A DNA stretch of 32,000 bases from positions 60,001 to 92,000 of the forward strand of contig NC_010628.1 of the NCBI RefSeq assembly GCF_000020025.1, in the 5' to 3' direction. The notes below the pieces were generated by a model. That model was not told where the DNA came from and searched no databases. It worked only from the letters and a program-made list of their open reading frames with translations. This DNA comes from Nostoc punctiforme PCC 73102 (lineage in GTDB: Bacteria; Cyanobacteriota; Cyanobacteriia; Cyanobacteriales; Nostocaceae). Shown one piece after another: positions 16,173 to 24,759 of the stretch. The translations under genes were made by a program, and so were the position numbers. Within the stretch, counting starts at the first letter, position 1; every line of letters begins with the position of its first letter.

Positions 16173-17381
16173 ATGGCAGTAAATAAAGAAAGCCGATTAT
16201 TCACAAAACCCGTAGGTAGATCGCAACTAATTTTAGCAGCTTCTCTAACCTTAGCAGCCGGATTAATAGCTTTTTATAGTTTAGTTCCATTTTGGTCTAA
16301 ACCTAAAGTTGTAACACCAGCAGCGAACCCTCCCAAAGCTGCCACGCCTGTAAAACTTGCTGTAACCGCTTTGGGACGTTTGGAGCCAGAAGGCGAAGTT
16401 ACTTCTTTGACTGCTCCTGCTTCTAATAATGGGGTGAGAGTAGATAGACTGTTGGTGAAAGAAGGAGAGACGGTTAAAGCAGGGCAATTATTAGCTTATC
16501 TAGAAAACTATGGTCGTTCTAGAACCGCATTGCAACAGGCTTTAGACCAACTGCAAGTTGCCAAAGCGAAACTAGCGCAGGTTAAATCTGGAGCGAAAAC
16601 CGGAGATATCGATGCTCAAAAGGCAGCGATCGCACGTTTAGAGCCACAATATAAAGGGGATGTTGCAACTCAAGAGGCGACAATTGCCCGTATCCAGGCT
16701 GAGGTAGATAATGCTCAAGCTGAGAACAATCGCTATCAGCAATTATATAAACAAGGTGCGATCGCTGCTTCTGTAGCAGATACCAAAGCTTTGCAACTCA
16801 AGACTACACAACAGCAGCTATCAGAAGCCCAAGCCACCCTCAAGCGAACTCAAGACACATTTCAAGAACAACGCAAGCAAGCACAAGCACAACTCACCAG
16901 TATTAGCGAAGTGCGTAGTGTAGATGTTCAGGTCGCGCAAACCGAAGTCAACAGTGCCACAACTTCTGTTCAACAAGCAAAAGCCGACTTGGATTTAAGT
17001 TACATCAAATCTCCCATAAATGGCAAAATTTTAAAAATTCACGCCAAAACCGGAGAAGTCATCAGCACCAGTAGAGGATTTGCTGAGATAGGTAAAACAT
17101 CTCAAATGTATGTCATTGCAGAGGTGTATCAAACCGATGTTCAAAAAGTGCGTGTAGGACAAAAAGCCACAATTACCAGCACTGCATTTACTGGAACAAT
17201 AAAAGGAACTGTAAAAGAAATTGGTTGGCAAGTTGACAAGCAAAACATCTTCAGCATAAACCCTGGTTCAGATACAGACCGCAGAATAGTTGAAGTGAAA
17301 ATCTCCATCGATAATCCCGCAGATAGTGAAAAGGTCGCTCGTTTAACTAACTTACAAGTGGATGTCGCCATTCATATTTAG
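16173..17381 (+). CDS. hgdB: DevB-family membrane fusion protein (HlyD-like) of an ABC-type glycolipid exporter
   Basis: 402 aa. Features are an N-terminal TM segment, the block VTALGRLEPEGEVTSL typical of DevB proteins, a long Q/A-rich coiled coil and a C-terminal beta-barrel region. The symbol is chosen over devB because no ATPase gene follows and an epimerase gene does, as in the hgdB-hgdC-hgdA arrangement of Anabaena. Confidence 0.85.
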   Translation: MAVNKESRLFTKPVGRSQLILAASLTLAAGLIAFYSLVPFWSKPKVVTPAANPPKAATPVKLAVTALGRLEPEGEVTSLTAPASNNGVRVDRLLVKEGETVKAGQLLAYLENYGRSRTALQQALDQLQVAKAKLAQVKSGAKTGDIDAQKAAIARLEPQYKGDVATQEATIARIQAEVDNAQAENNRYQQLYKQGAIAASVADTKALQLKTTQQQLSEAQATLKRTQDTFQEQRKQAQAQLTSISEVRSVDVQVAQTEVNSATTSVQQAKADLDLSYIKSPINGKILKIHAKTGEVISTSRGFAEIGKTSQMYVIAEVYQTDVQKVRVGQKATITSTAFTGTIKGTVKEIGWQVDKQNIFSINPGSDTDRRIVEVKISIDNPADSEKVARLTNLQVDVAIHI

Positions 17382-17448
17382 TCATAGGGCATAGGTCATT
17401 CACAAATGACAAATGACCAATGACAAATGACCAATGACAAATGACAAA
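17382..17448. repeat. STRR array. TGACCAA/TGACAAA heptamers fill the hgdB-hgdC spacer.
   Basis: gtcatag ggcatag gtcattc acaaa, then TGACAAA TGACCAA TGACAAA TGACCAA TGACAAA TGACAAA (17407-17448). TGACCAA is the complement of the published STRR unit TTGGTCA (Mazel et al. 1990, as I recall). Confidence 0.9.
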
Positions 17449-18634
17449 TAAATCCATGAATTTCAAAATTCCTTTAGGATGGCTACAGCTAGCGCAGCAA
17501 AAAGTTCGTTTACTAGTAGCTGTAGCCGGGATTGGTTTTATTGTACTGCTAATGTTTGTGCAACTTGGCTTTCAAGATGCTCTTTATTCCAGTGCAACTG
17601 CTGTGCATCAGAATCTCAAAGGAGATTTATTTTTAGTGAGTTCGCAATATAAATCTTTGACCTCAAATCAAAGTTTTTCACGCACTCGTTTGTACCAATC
17701 CCTGGGGTTTGATGGCGTAGAGTCAGTTAGCCCCATGTATTTGCAATTTGCCAAACTGAAAAATCCTGCAACTAGTGAAAAATATTCAATATATGTTATT
17801 GGTTTCGATCCAGGTAGACCTGTGATGAATCTCCCAGAAGTGGAGAAAAATTTAGATAAACTCAAAATTCCCGATGTCGTGCTTTTTGACCGGGGTTCTC
17901 GCCCAGAGTTTGGCCCAATAGCAGAAAAATTTAATGGGGGAGAAACTGCACAGACAATTGAAATATTTCCCTACAGTTCATTGATTGGCTATAGAGTGAG
18001 AATAGGTGGTTTATTCACATTAGGTCCTTCGTTTGGAGTAGACGGAAATTTACTTGTTAGTGACTCCACTTTTTTGAGGATAAATCCCAATACTCGTCCG
18101 GCAGATATGATAGATATTGGTTTGATTTCACTCAAACCTGGCGCTAATGCCGAAAAAGTACTGAAAAATTTACAGGCAAATTTGCCTAGTGATGTCCAAG
18201 TTTTTACCCGTCAAGGCTTCATTGATTTTGAAAAAAACTATTGGGCTGTTAGAACACCCATTGGTTTTATTCTTAACTTAATGTTGACAATGGCTGCGGT
18301 TGTTGGTGTGGTTATTGTTTATCAAATTCTTTACAGCAATATTGCAACTCAGTTCGTTGCTTACGCCACTTTGAAAGCCATAGGTTATGCCAATAGCTAT
18401 TTATTGAATGTCGTATTTCAGCAAGCTTTAATTTTGGCAATCTTAGGGTATATTCCAGGATTCATTACTTCTGTCTTGTTATATAGTTTTGCCGCAGAAG
18501 CCACTAAACTACCAATAGTTATGACAACTAATAATGCAGTGATTGTCTTAACTTCAACAGTTTTAATGTGTATAACATCAGGAGCGCTTGCTATCAACAA
18601 ACTCCGCTCCGCAGATCCGGGAGATATTTTCTAG
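17441..18634 (+). CDS. hgdC: DevC-family ABC exporter permease (FtsX-like)
   Basis: 397-aa ORF. It has the DevC-like N-terminus IPLGWLQLAQQKVRLLVAVAGIGF, a large periplasmic loop, three C-terminal TM helices and the end KLRSADPGDIF. ATG 17441 lies inside a heptamer repeat array, so in-frame ATG 17456 (MNFKIPLGWLQ) is the more likely true start. Confidence 0.85.
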   Translation: MTNKSMNFKIPLGWLQLAQQKVRLLVAVAGIGFIVLLMFVQLGFQDALYSSATAVHQNLKGDLFLVSSQYKSLTSNQSFSRTRLYQSLGFDGVESVSPMYLQFAKLKNPATSEKYSIYVIGFDPGRPVMNLPEVEKNLDKLKIPDVVLFDRGSRPEFGPIAEKFNGGETAQTIEIFPYSSLIGYRVRIGGLFTLGPSFGVDGNLLVSDSTFLRINPNTRPADMIDIGLISLKPGANAEKVLKNLQANLPSDVQVFTRQGFIDFEKNYWAVRTPIGFILNLMLTMAAVVGVVIVYQILYSNIATQFVAYATLKAIGYANSYLLNVVFQQALILAILGYIPGFITSVLLYSFAAEATKLPIVMTTNNAVIVLTSTVLMCITSGALAINKLRSADPGDIF

Positions 18635-18841
18635 CTATTCGTTGCATCAAAATAATCAAATTTTTTGCCATGATATAGACTAATAACTAAGCGTTGGTTC
18701 AGGCTCTCCACAGAAAAATTCTTCTTTATACCAATTTTAGATTTTAGATTAAAAGCCTTTACCGGAATTTAAATTTGGTATGAATTTTCAGTTTTTTATC
18801 TAACAAGTCAAGTTCACCCATTTAACAATAATTCCGATTTT

Positions 18842-19846
18842 ATGAACCTCAAAGATAAAACCCTGCTAATTACGGGAATTGATGAATTTGTCGGTTTGCG
18901 TACAGCCGAGTTAGCCATCGCACAAGGAATGAAGGTTCGTGGACTTAAAAGTTCTACAGAACAAAACAAACAATTACAGAATTTAGGTGTTGAGATAATT
19001 ATTGGTAGTATCACAGATTCTACTATTGCTCAAAAGGCTTGTCAGGGAGTAGATATCGTTTTACATACAGATCAACTTGCCGAAGAAGCTGGCGCAATTA
19101 AGAATTTCCGTGATGTCAATGTTGGTGGTACTGTCAACATGGCTAAAGCCGCTAAACAGGCTGGTGTCAAAACATTTGTGCATCTTTCCAGCGTAATGGT
19201 TTACGGTTTCAACTATCCTAATGGTGTTACAGAATCTGGGCCACTTTCTGGCGAAAATAATCCTTACTGTGAAACGAAAATAGAAGCCGAAACAGCAGTT
19301 TTAGAACTGAATAATCCTCCAGATTTTGGCATCATTGTTATTCGAGCTGGAGATGTTTACGGCCCAGGAAGTATACCCTGGATAGTCAGACCAGTTCTGA
19401 TGATGCGTCAAAAATTATTTGCCTGTGCTAACGATGGCAAAGGAGTTATTAATCATGTATACATAGATAATCTGATTGATGGCATCTTTCTAGCGATAGA
19501 AAAAGAAACCTATGGTGAAATATTTAATATCACCGACGGACAAGAAACTTCGTGGAAAGAGTATTTTATGCGTTTAGCAGCAATGGAAGGTTTATCAGCA
19601 CCCCTTTCATTACCGAAAGATGAAATCAAGTTGTTTCTAAAGCTACGTGTTCAAGGACAAAAACTTTTTCGAAAAAAAGTTGATATCCTACCAGAGTCTA
19701 TAGATTTTATGACTCGTCCTTATGCTTGTTCTATTGTCAAAGCACAAAGCATGTTAAATTATAAACCAACAATTCACCTAGAAGAAGGAATGCAGCGAAC
19801 ACATGAATGGCTGCAAAAAACAGATATTCAAAGCTTGATTAAATAG
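18842..19846 (+). CDS. hgdA: NAD-dependent sugar epimerase/dehydratase (extended SDR)
   Basis: 334 aa. N-terminal Rossmann loop LLITGIDEFVGL and catalytic YxxxK (PYCETK). It sits directly after the DevBC-like pair, the position of the UDP-galactose 4-epimerase HgdA in Anabaena (recalled from the literature). Confidence 0.8.
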   Translation: MNLKDKTLLITGIDEFVGLRTAELAIAQGMKVRGLKSSTEQNKQLQNLGVEIIIGSITDSTIAQKACQGVDIVLHTDQLAEEAGAIKNFRDVNVGGTVNMAKAAKQAGVKTFVHLSSVMVYGFNYPNGVTESGPLSGENNPYCETKIEAETAVLELNNPPDFGIIVIRAGDVYGPGSIPWIVRPVLMMRQKLFACANDGKGVINHVYIDNLIDGIFLAIEKETYGEIFNITDGQETSWKEYFMRLAAMEGLSAPLSLPKDEIKLFLKLRVQGQKLFRKKVDILPESIDFMTRPYACSIVKAQSMLNYKPTIHLEEGMQRTHEWLQKTDIQSLIK

Positions 19847-19949
19847 TCAACAGATTTTAAGAATTCAGGAGTCATAATTCAGGATGATTATAAAATCAAT
19901 AGGCTATAGCACGGTTGATTGATTTTATTCAGCTTAAAGTATCAAATTA

Positions 19950-19977
19950 TTCTGGATTCTGACTTCTGGCTTCTGAA
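19950..19977. repeat. Tandem heptamers TTCTGGA/TTCTGAC/TTCTGGC/TTCTGAA
   Basis: Four consecutive 7-nt units in the hgdA-GT2 spacer. Confidence 0.85.
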
Positions 19978-20059
19978 TTTTCAATGGCTACGTTGCATCT
20001 GCCTAACAATTGTCTGCAATTGAGCATAAAATAATCCACAGATTTTCCGAATACTTGTT

Positions 20060-21043
20060 ATGAGTAGCAATCAGCCACGATTGAGCATCGGATTACCTGT
20101 ATACAATGGCGAAAAATTTATCAAAGAAGCCATAGATTCACTCTTGGCTCAGACTTTTGAAGATTTTGAGCTAATTATTTCAGATAATGCATCTACAGAT
20201 AAAACTGAGGAAATTTGTAGAGCTTATGCCGAGAAAGACCAACGTATCTGTTACTACCGCAATGACAAGAATATCGGTTGCGCTCGTAACTTCAATCGCG
20301 TCTTTAAATTGTCTTCGGGTGAGTACTTTAAATGGGCCGCTTATGACGATCTACATGCTCCAGATTTTATCAAGAAGTGTGTTGAGGTACTTGACCAAGA
20401 CCCTAGCATAATCTTGTGTCACTCCCAAACATATTTCATTGATGAACAGGGAAATTTCCTCCAAAACTACGATATCAAACTCAAGGCAGATGCCCTAAAA
20501 CCACACGAGCGTTTTCATGAATTGCTGACCAAGCATTTATGTTATCAATGTTACGGTGTAATTCGTGCCAGTGCCCTGAGAATGATACCGCCTATGGGTG
20601 GTTACGGTAATGCAGATGGAATTCTCTTGTTAAGACTTGGTATTCTTGGCAGGTTTTATGAAATCCCTGAATACCTATTTTGTGCCAGAAGCCATCCGCA
20701 ACAATCAATGAGTATGTATTTCCCTAATTATTTGTTGTTTGCTAACAACACTAAAAAAACCTCATTGAGTATGCTACCTGATTTCTATGCTTATGCAGTG
20801 TGGTTTGATTCAGCAAAGAAAGGACAAATTTTATTGCCACATTGGAGAATAATTTGGGAGTATCTACTCTCTATATGGCGTAGTCCCCTGAGTTTTAATG
20901 AGCGACTTTGTTGTTATAGAAGCCTACATCAGCAGTTAAAAGGGGCAGAATATCTTTTGCTGAAAGATTTACTAAGAGTGCTGCAAGTGCTTTGGAAAGG
21001 CCGGCAACCAGCAGCAATTGGAAAACATCAAGTCATACATTGA
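20060..21043 (+). CDS. Family 2 glycosyltransferase (soluble type)
   Basis: 327 aa. GT-A signatures: LSIGLPVYNGEKFIKEAIDSLLAQTF, IISDNASTDKT and the DxD-like AAYDDL. Confidence 0.85.
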   Translation: MSSNQPRLSIGLPVYNGEKFIKEAIDSLLAQTFEDFELIISDNASTDKTEEICRAYAEKDQRICYYRNDKNIGCARNFNRVFKLSSGEYFKWAAYDDLHAPDFIKKCVEVLDQDPSIILCHSQTYFIDEQGNFLQNYDIKLKADALKPHERFHELLTKHLCYQCYGVIRASALRMIPPMGGYGNADGILLLRLGILGRFYEIPEYLFCARSHPQQSMSMYFPNYLLFANNTKKTSLSMLPDFYAYAVWFDSAKKGQILLPHWRIIWEYLLSIWRSPLSFNERLCCYRSLHQQLKGAEYLLLKDLLRVLQVLWKGRQPAAIGKHQVIH

Positions 21044-21119
21044 ACCAATCAGTTCAGAAAAAGCTGGTAAATATAGCTTGTTCTCAAACCCAAAATTACC
21101 TATTTTCCACTACAAAATT

Positions 21120-21587
21120 ATGCTGAAACGATTTCATTTGTCTCATGTTTTACTTGCTACTTTAGTGAGCCTCAGCTTTGGTAAAACAGTGAATGCAGAA
21201 CCAACTGCAACACTTAGTGTTGTGGTAAATGGCATACAACACAAAAAAGGTGAGATTTGCTTTAGAGTTTACGCAAGTGAAAAAGGATTTCCGATGAGTA
21301 ATTCTAGTGGATCTCAAAGTGGCTGCGCTAAGATTACTGGCAATTCTGTTAGAAAAGATTTCTCCGGTTTGAAGCCTGGAACTTATGCTGTCGCCGTTGT
21401 TGACGATCAAAATGGCGATTATAAACTCAATAAAGACTTTTTTGGTATTCCCACAGAAGGTTTTGGAATTTCCAAAAACCCAACTGTGTCAATACAAACA
21501 GGTACACCAAAATTTCGTGATGCCAGTTTTGTTGTAAATAAAAATACAACAGTCAACATTATCATGAAGTATTCGCTGGATTCATAA
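21120..21587 (+). CDS. Secreted DUF2141-like protein of unknown function
   Basis: The longest ORF starts at 21018 and overlaps the GT2 gene by 26 nt. In-frame ATG 21120 gives MLKRFHLSHVLLATLVSLSFGKTVNAEP, a clear signal peptide. The mature part (GEICFRVYASEKGFP, GTYAVAVVDDQNGDYKLNKDFFGIPTEGFGISKNP) resembles DUF2141. That family assignment is from memory. Confidence 0.65.
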   Translation: MLKRFHLSHVLLATLVSLSFGKTVNAEPTATLSVVVNGIQHKKGEICFRVYASEKGFPMSNSSGSQSGCAKITGNSVRKDFSGLKPGTYAVAVVDDQNGDYKLNKDFFGIPTEGFGISKNPTVSIQTGTPKFRDASFVVNKNTTVNIIMKYSLDS

Positions 21588-21597
21588 AGGTCATAGA

Positions 21598-21638
21598 GGA
21601 GAGGTTACAGGGTACAGATTATTCCCTGTCACCTCTCC
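21598..21638 (+). terminator. Two-tier hairpin after the DUF2141 gene
   Basis: GGAGAGGT-t-ACAGGG, an 11-nt loop, then CCCTGT-c-ACCTCTCC (8 + 6 bp stems). It starts 11 nt after the stop codon and has no U-tract. Confidence 0.35.
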
Positions 21639-21722
21639 CCTAATTACCAATTATTCAGAATTACGGTTTAGATCACACCTACATATAAACAAGCCGATAT
21701 TCTACCGGAGACTAAAAATTTA

Positions 21723-23009
21723 ATGGAAGATTTGGCAATATTTCTGTCTAAGTCTTTGATGGGTTGGCTGGTTATTCAGGTGTGTTTAACGCTTGTTTTT
21801 ATATGGTATCTGCGCTCATCTAAAAAAAACTTATTACCAGATGATCAGTTACCCAAAACAGCAGTGATTCTTTGCTTACGCGGAGCCGATCCGTTTTTGC
21901 CTAGATGTTTGCGATCGCTCCTGAACCAAAACTATCCACAGTATGATTTAAAATTGATCGTTGATAGTCACGAAGACCCCGCTTGGAAAATTGCCAGTGA
22001 AAGCATCACAGAGCAAGAAGCGACCAACGTTCAAATTAGCCCTTTGAGAATAGTACGCAACAATTGTAGTCTCAAATGTAGTTCCTTAGTCCAAGCTGTC
22101 CGTGAGTTGGATGATTCCTACAAGGTGGTTGCCTTAGTAGATGCTGACACCATAGTCCATGTCAATTGGCTGCGAGAATTAGTCAGTCCTTTAGGTGATG
22201 CCAAAATAGGGGCGACAACAGGTAATCGTTGGTATGTACCTACAGGTAGGTATTGGGGATCTTTAGTGCGGTACATCGGTAATGTATCCACAGTTGTGCA
22301 AATGTTTATCTTCCAGATTCCTTGGGGTGGGAGTTTGGCTGTGAAAACAGAAGTACTTCGCCAAACAGAACTGCTAGATAAGTGGGGACAAGCTTTAGGC
22401 GAAGATTTTATGATGCACGACATTCTCAAAAAACATGGGTTGCAGGTAAAGTTTGTGCCTTCGCTACTAATTGTCAATCGTGAAGAGACTGATTTATCCA
22501 ACTTAATCGACTATCTTAAGCGCCTGATACTTTATTCCCGACTGTATCACCCACGTTGGTTAGCTTTAGTTAGTGAAGCTGTTTCTAGCATTTTGTTTCC
22601 TACTGCACTGATCATCTTAGTTCTAGAGTCCTTCTTACAGGCAAAATGGGAAGCTGCGGTTGTCTTATTAGGCTGCTACAGTGTCTATACTGTCGGACTA
22701 CTTTTGATAATGCTCGTGTTGGAATTAGAAATACAGCGAGTGGTTCGCTCTAATGACCAGGCGATGTCTATCGACAAGCCGTTGCACGTCTACGCAAAAT
22801 TATCGGGTGCTACAATCATTAAAATGTTGATTGGGATTCCGCTAACACAGTGGGTTTATGGGCTAGCGATGCTATCATCCATTTGGATCTCAACAGTCAC
22901 CTGGCGCGGTGTCTCTTATCGGGTTCAAGGGCCTTGGAATGTCCGGCTAGTGGAATATCGCCCTTATCAATGGTTAGATCAGCCCATTGATAGCAAGGTT
23001 TCTCTTTGA
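21723..23009 (+). CDS. Integral-membrane GT2 / GT21-like (ceramide-glucosyltransferase-like) glycosyltransferase
   Basis: 428 aa. An N-terminal TM segment is followed by a GT-A core: AVILCLRGADPFL, NQNYPQYDLKLIVDS, DxD in LVDADTIV and GEDFMM. Several C-terminal TM helices follow. Confidence 0.75.
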   Translation: MEDLAIFLSKSLMGWLVIQVCLTLVFIWYLRSSKKNLLPDDQLPKTAVILCLRGADPFLPRCLRSLLNQNYPQYDLKLIVDSHEDPAWKIASESITEQEATNVQISPLRIVRNNCSLKCSSLVQAVRELDDSYKVVALVDADTIVHVNWLRELVSPLGDAKIGATTGNRWYVPTGRYWGSLVRYIGNVSTVVQMFIFQIPWGGSLAVKTEVLRQTELLDKWGQALGEDFMMHDILKKHGLQVKFVPSLLIVNREETDLSNLIDYLKRLILYSRLYHPRWLALVSEAVSSILFPTALIILVLESFLQAKWEAAVVLLGCYSVYTVGLLLIMLVLELEIQRVVRSNDQAMSIDKPLHVYAKLSGATIIKMLIGIPLTQWVYGLAMLSSIWISTVTWRGVSYRVQGPWNVRLVEYRPYQWLDQPIDSKVSL

Positions 23010-23419
23010 ATTAAATCGCTAAATATGAACTAGGGCATGAAAGTTATTACACTAAACATTCCCTAGTCTTCAAATTATATTATCTTATATTTAGTACAAC
23101 TATATTAGCTATAAACCTTGTCAGAATACATGATTTTCCTTGTTACTTATCAAAATGTATTTGCATAAATGACAAGGGTTTAGACAAATATATTAAGGGG
23201 AATTTTGACTTAGTAATTTGGATGTTTTCATAGTTCCAATTCAGGTTTACAAACATCCGCTTCACAATTGAGAGTTTCGGCTATTTGAAAATGCGTAAAT
23301 CCTTAGTCTAATCGTATTAGTGGGAATTTCTGAACTAGAAGATCAGAATGTTCATGAAACATAAGCTGCGTAAATCCTAAATTGAAAACCAGCATTTTCG
23401 TGAAAGATTCCTCTTTATT

Positions 23420-24697
23420 ATGACTAAGCAAAAACTTCGCATTGCACTATTTACAGGATTGTATGCTCCTTTCTTGACTGGTGTTTCCGTCGCAGTTCAC
23501 CAACGAGTCCGTTGGTTGCTAGAGCAAGGACATGAGGTTTTTTTAGTTCATCCGCAAATCAGCGATCGCTACCCCAAAAATGTTGGCGATCGCCCCATGC
23601 CAGGTTTGGATGAAATTGAGTCTTTTCCCAATTTCTCTGCTTACGCATTTCCCACAGAACCCCTATTATTCTATAAGTCTCTTCCTCAACCGTTAAATTA
23701 TCGGCATTGGAGTGATACCAAGTTGCTGGATAAATTTAAGCCTGATATTATCTTGGTTGAAGAAGCCGCGCAAATGAGAGGTTTATACTCATTTTTCTTG
23801 CAAGGTTATGGTCGTCCAATTGGTGTCGAATACGCAAAAAGAACAGGCACACCAATAATCTCACTTTTCCATACTGATATCGTTGCGTATATCAAGTATT
23901 ATTTTGGAGATAAATTCTTTAACTTAGTTCGTCCGATCATTCCTACTTTAGTCAAGCAATTTAGTGAGTCTTATGACTTCAATTACTTTTCTTCTAAAGA
24001 ACAACTCACTAAATACGAAGAATTGAAATGCCAACGCGCTGAATATGTCCCTTATCAAGGCATCGATTGCGAAAAATTTCATCCGCGCAATATTTGTTAC
24101 AATCCCATTCCTAACGATAACCGACCAACTCTTTTGTTTGTCGGACGCATTACCCCGGAAAAGAATGTCAACCAACTACTTGATATCTTTCCAGTCATAG
24201 CTGCCAAAATTCCTGATGTTCATCTGGTGATTGTTGGTAGTGGCCCGATGGATGAAGAGATTCGTGAGCGTGCTAAAAAGTTTGGATCGGGTATTACTAT
24301 ATGGGGCGAATCCCACGGTACAGAACTTTTAGGCTGGTTTGCTAGAGCAGATATTTTTGTCAATCCCTCTGTCACTGAAAACTTTTGCACTACAAATAAC
24401 GAAGCCCTAGCATCTGGAACCCCTTTAGTTGCCGTTGTTGCACCCTCAACTTCAGAACAGGTGTTTCCTGGTCGTAATGGTTTTCTTGCCCAACCTAACA
24501 ACCCCACAGACTTCGCTCAAAAGGTGATTACGATTCTAGAAAATCCCGATTTGAAGGCAGATATGACTCGGCACGCTCGCCCTTCCATACTTGAATTTGA
24601 TTGGTCGGCATGTATGCAAAAACTTGAAGACAAACTTTACCAAATCGTCGAAGGATCTCAGAAGGTGAAGGTAGGTACAGGCAGTATAAGACGATAA
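23420..24697 (+). CDS. hglT: GT4 (group 1) glycosyltransferase, probable heterocyst glycolipid glycosyltransferase
   Basis: 425 aa. GT-B fold with GRITPEKN and the E-x7-E motif (ENFCTTNNE). It is the last gene of the co-directional hgdB...GT block, the position of all5341/hglT in Anabaena. The symbol rests on synteny only. Confidence 0.75.
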   Translation: MTKQKLRIALFTGLYAPFLTGVSVAVHQRVRWLLEQGHEVFLVHPQISDRYPKNVGDRPMPGLDEIESFPNFSAYAFPTEPLLFYKSLPQPLNYRHWSDTKLLDKFKPDIILVEEAAQMRGLYSFFLQGYGRPIGVEYAKRTGTPIISLFHTDIVAYIKYYFGDKFFNLVRPIIPTLVKQFSESYDFNYFSSKEQLTKYEELKCQRAEYVPYQGIDCEKFHPRNICYNPIPNDNRPTLLFVGRITPEKNVNQLLDIFPVIAAKIPDVHLVIVGSGPMDEEIRERAKKFGSGITIWGESHGTELLGWFARADIFVNPSVTENFCTTNNEALASGTPLVAVVAPSTSEQVFPGRNGFLAQPNNPTDFAQKVITILENPDLKADMTRHARPSILEFDWSACMQKLEDKLYQIVEGSQKVKVGTGSIRR

Positions 24698-24709
24698 CGA
24701 TTACAAACA

Positions 24710-24740
24710 CGATCGCTAGTATTTACATAACTAGCGATCG
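24710..24740. terminator. Hairpin between convergent hglT and hisA, a candidate bidirectional terminator
   Basis: CGATCGCTAGT (24710-24720), a 9-nt loop atttacata, then ACTAGCGATCG (24730-24740). This is an 11-bp perfect stem. There is no strong U-tract. Confidence 0.45.
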
Positions 24741-24759
24741 CTCTACATATTGACAGATG

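Noticed and set aside
16281-18600. Minus-strand ORFs inside hgdB and hgdC (16281-16487, 17031-17243, 17141-17371, 17668-17865, 18418-18600)
   Set aside because: They are antisense to well-supported DevB/DevC-family genes and have no motifs.
18635-18841. Looked for a devA-type ATPase gene or remnant after hgdC
   Set aside because: The 207-bp spacer has no open frame and no Walker A-coding sequence. It contains only a heptamer doublet and an imperfect ATACCAA/TTGGTAT inverted repeat. The 66-aa minus-strand ORF at 18814-19014 overlaps the hgdA start and is spurious.
21018-21119. Upstream extension of the DUF2141 ORF (start at 21018)
   Set aside because: It would overlap the GT2 gene by 26 nt and would place 34 non-hydrophobic residues in front of an otherwise perfect signal peptide. 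The internal ATG 21120 is preferred.
20187-24710. Alternative-frame and antisense ORFs within the GT genes (20187-20411, 21162-21410, 22118-22501, 23948-24175, 24220-24507, 24528-24710)
   Set aside because: Each overlaps a longer ORF that carries clear GT-A or GT-B motifs.
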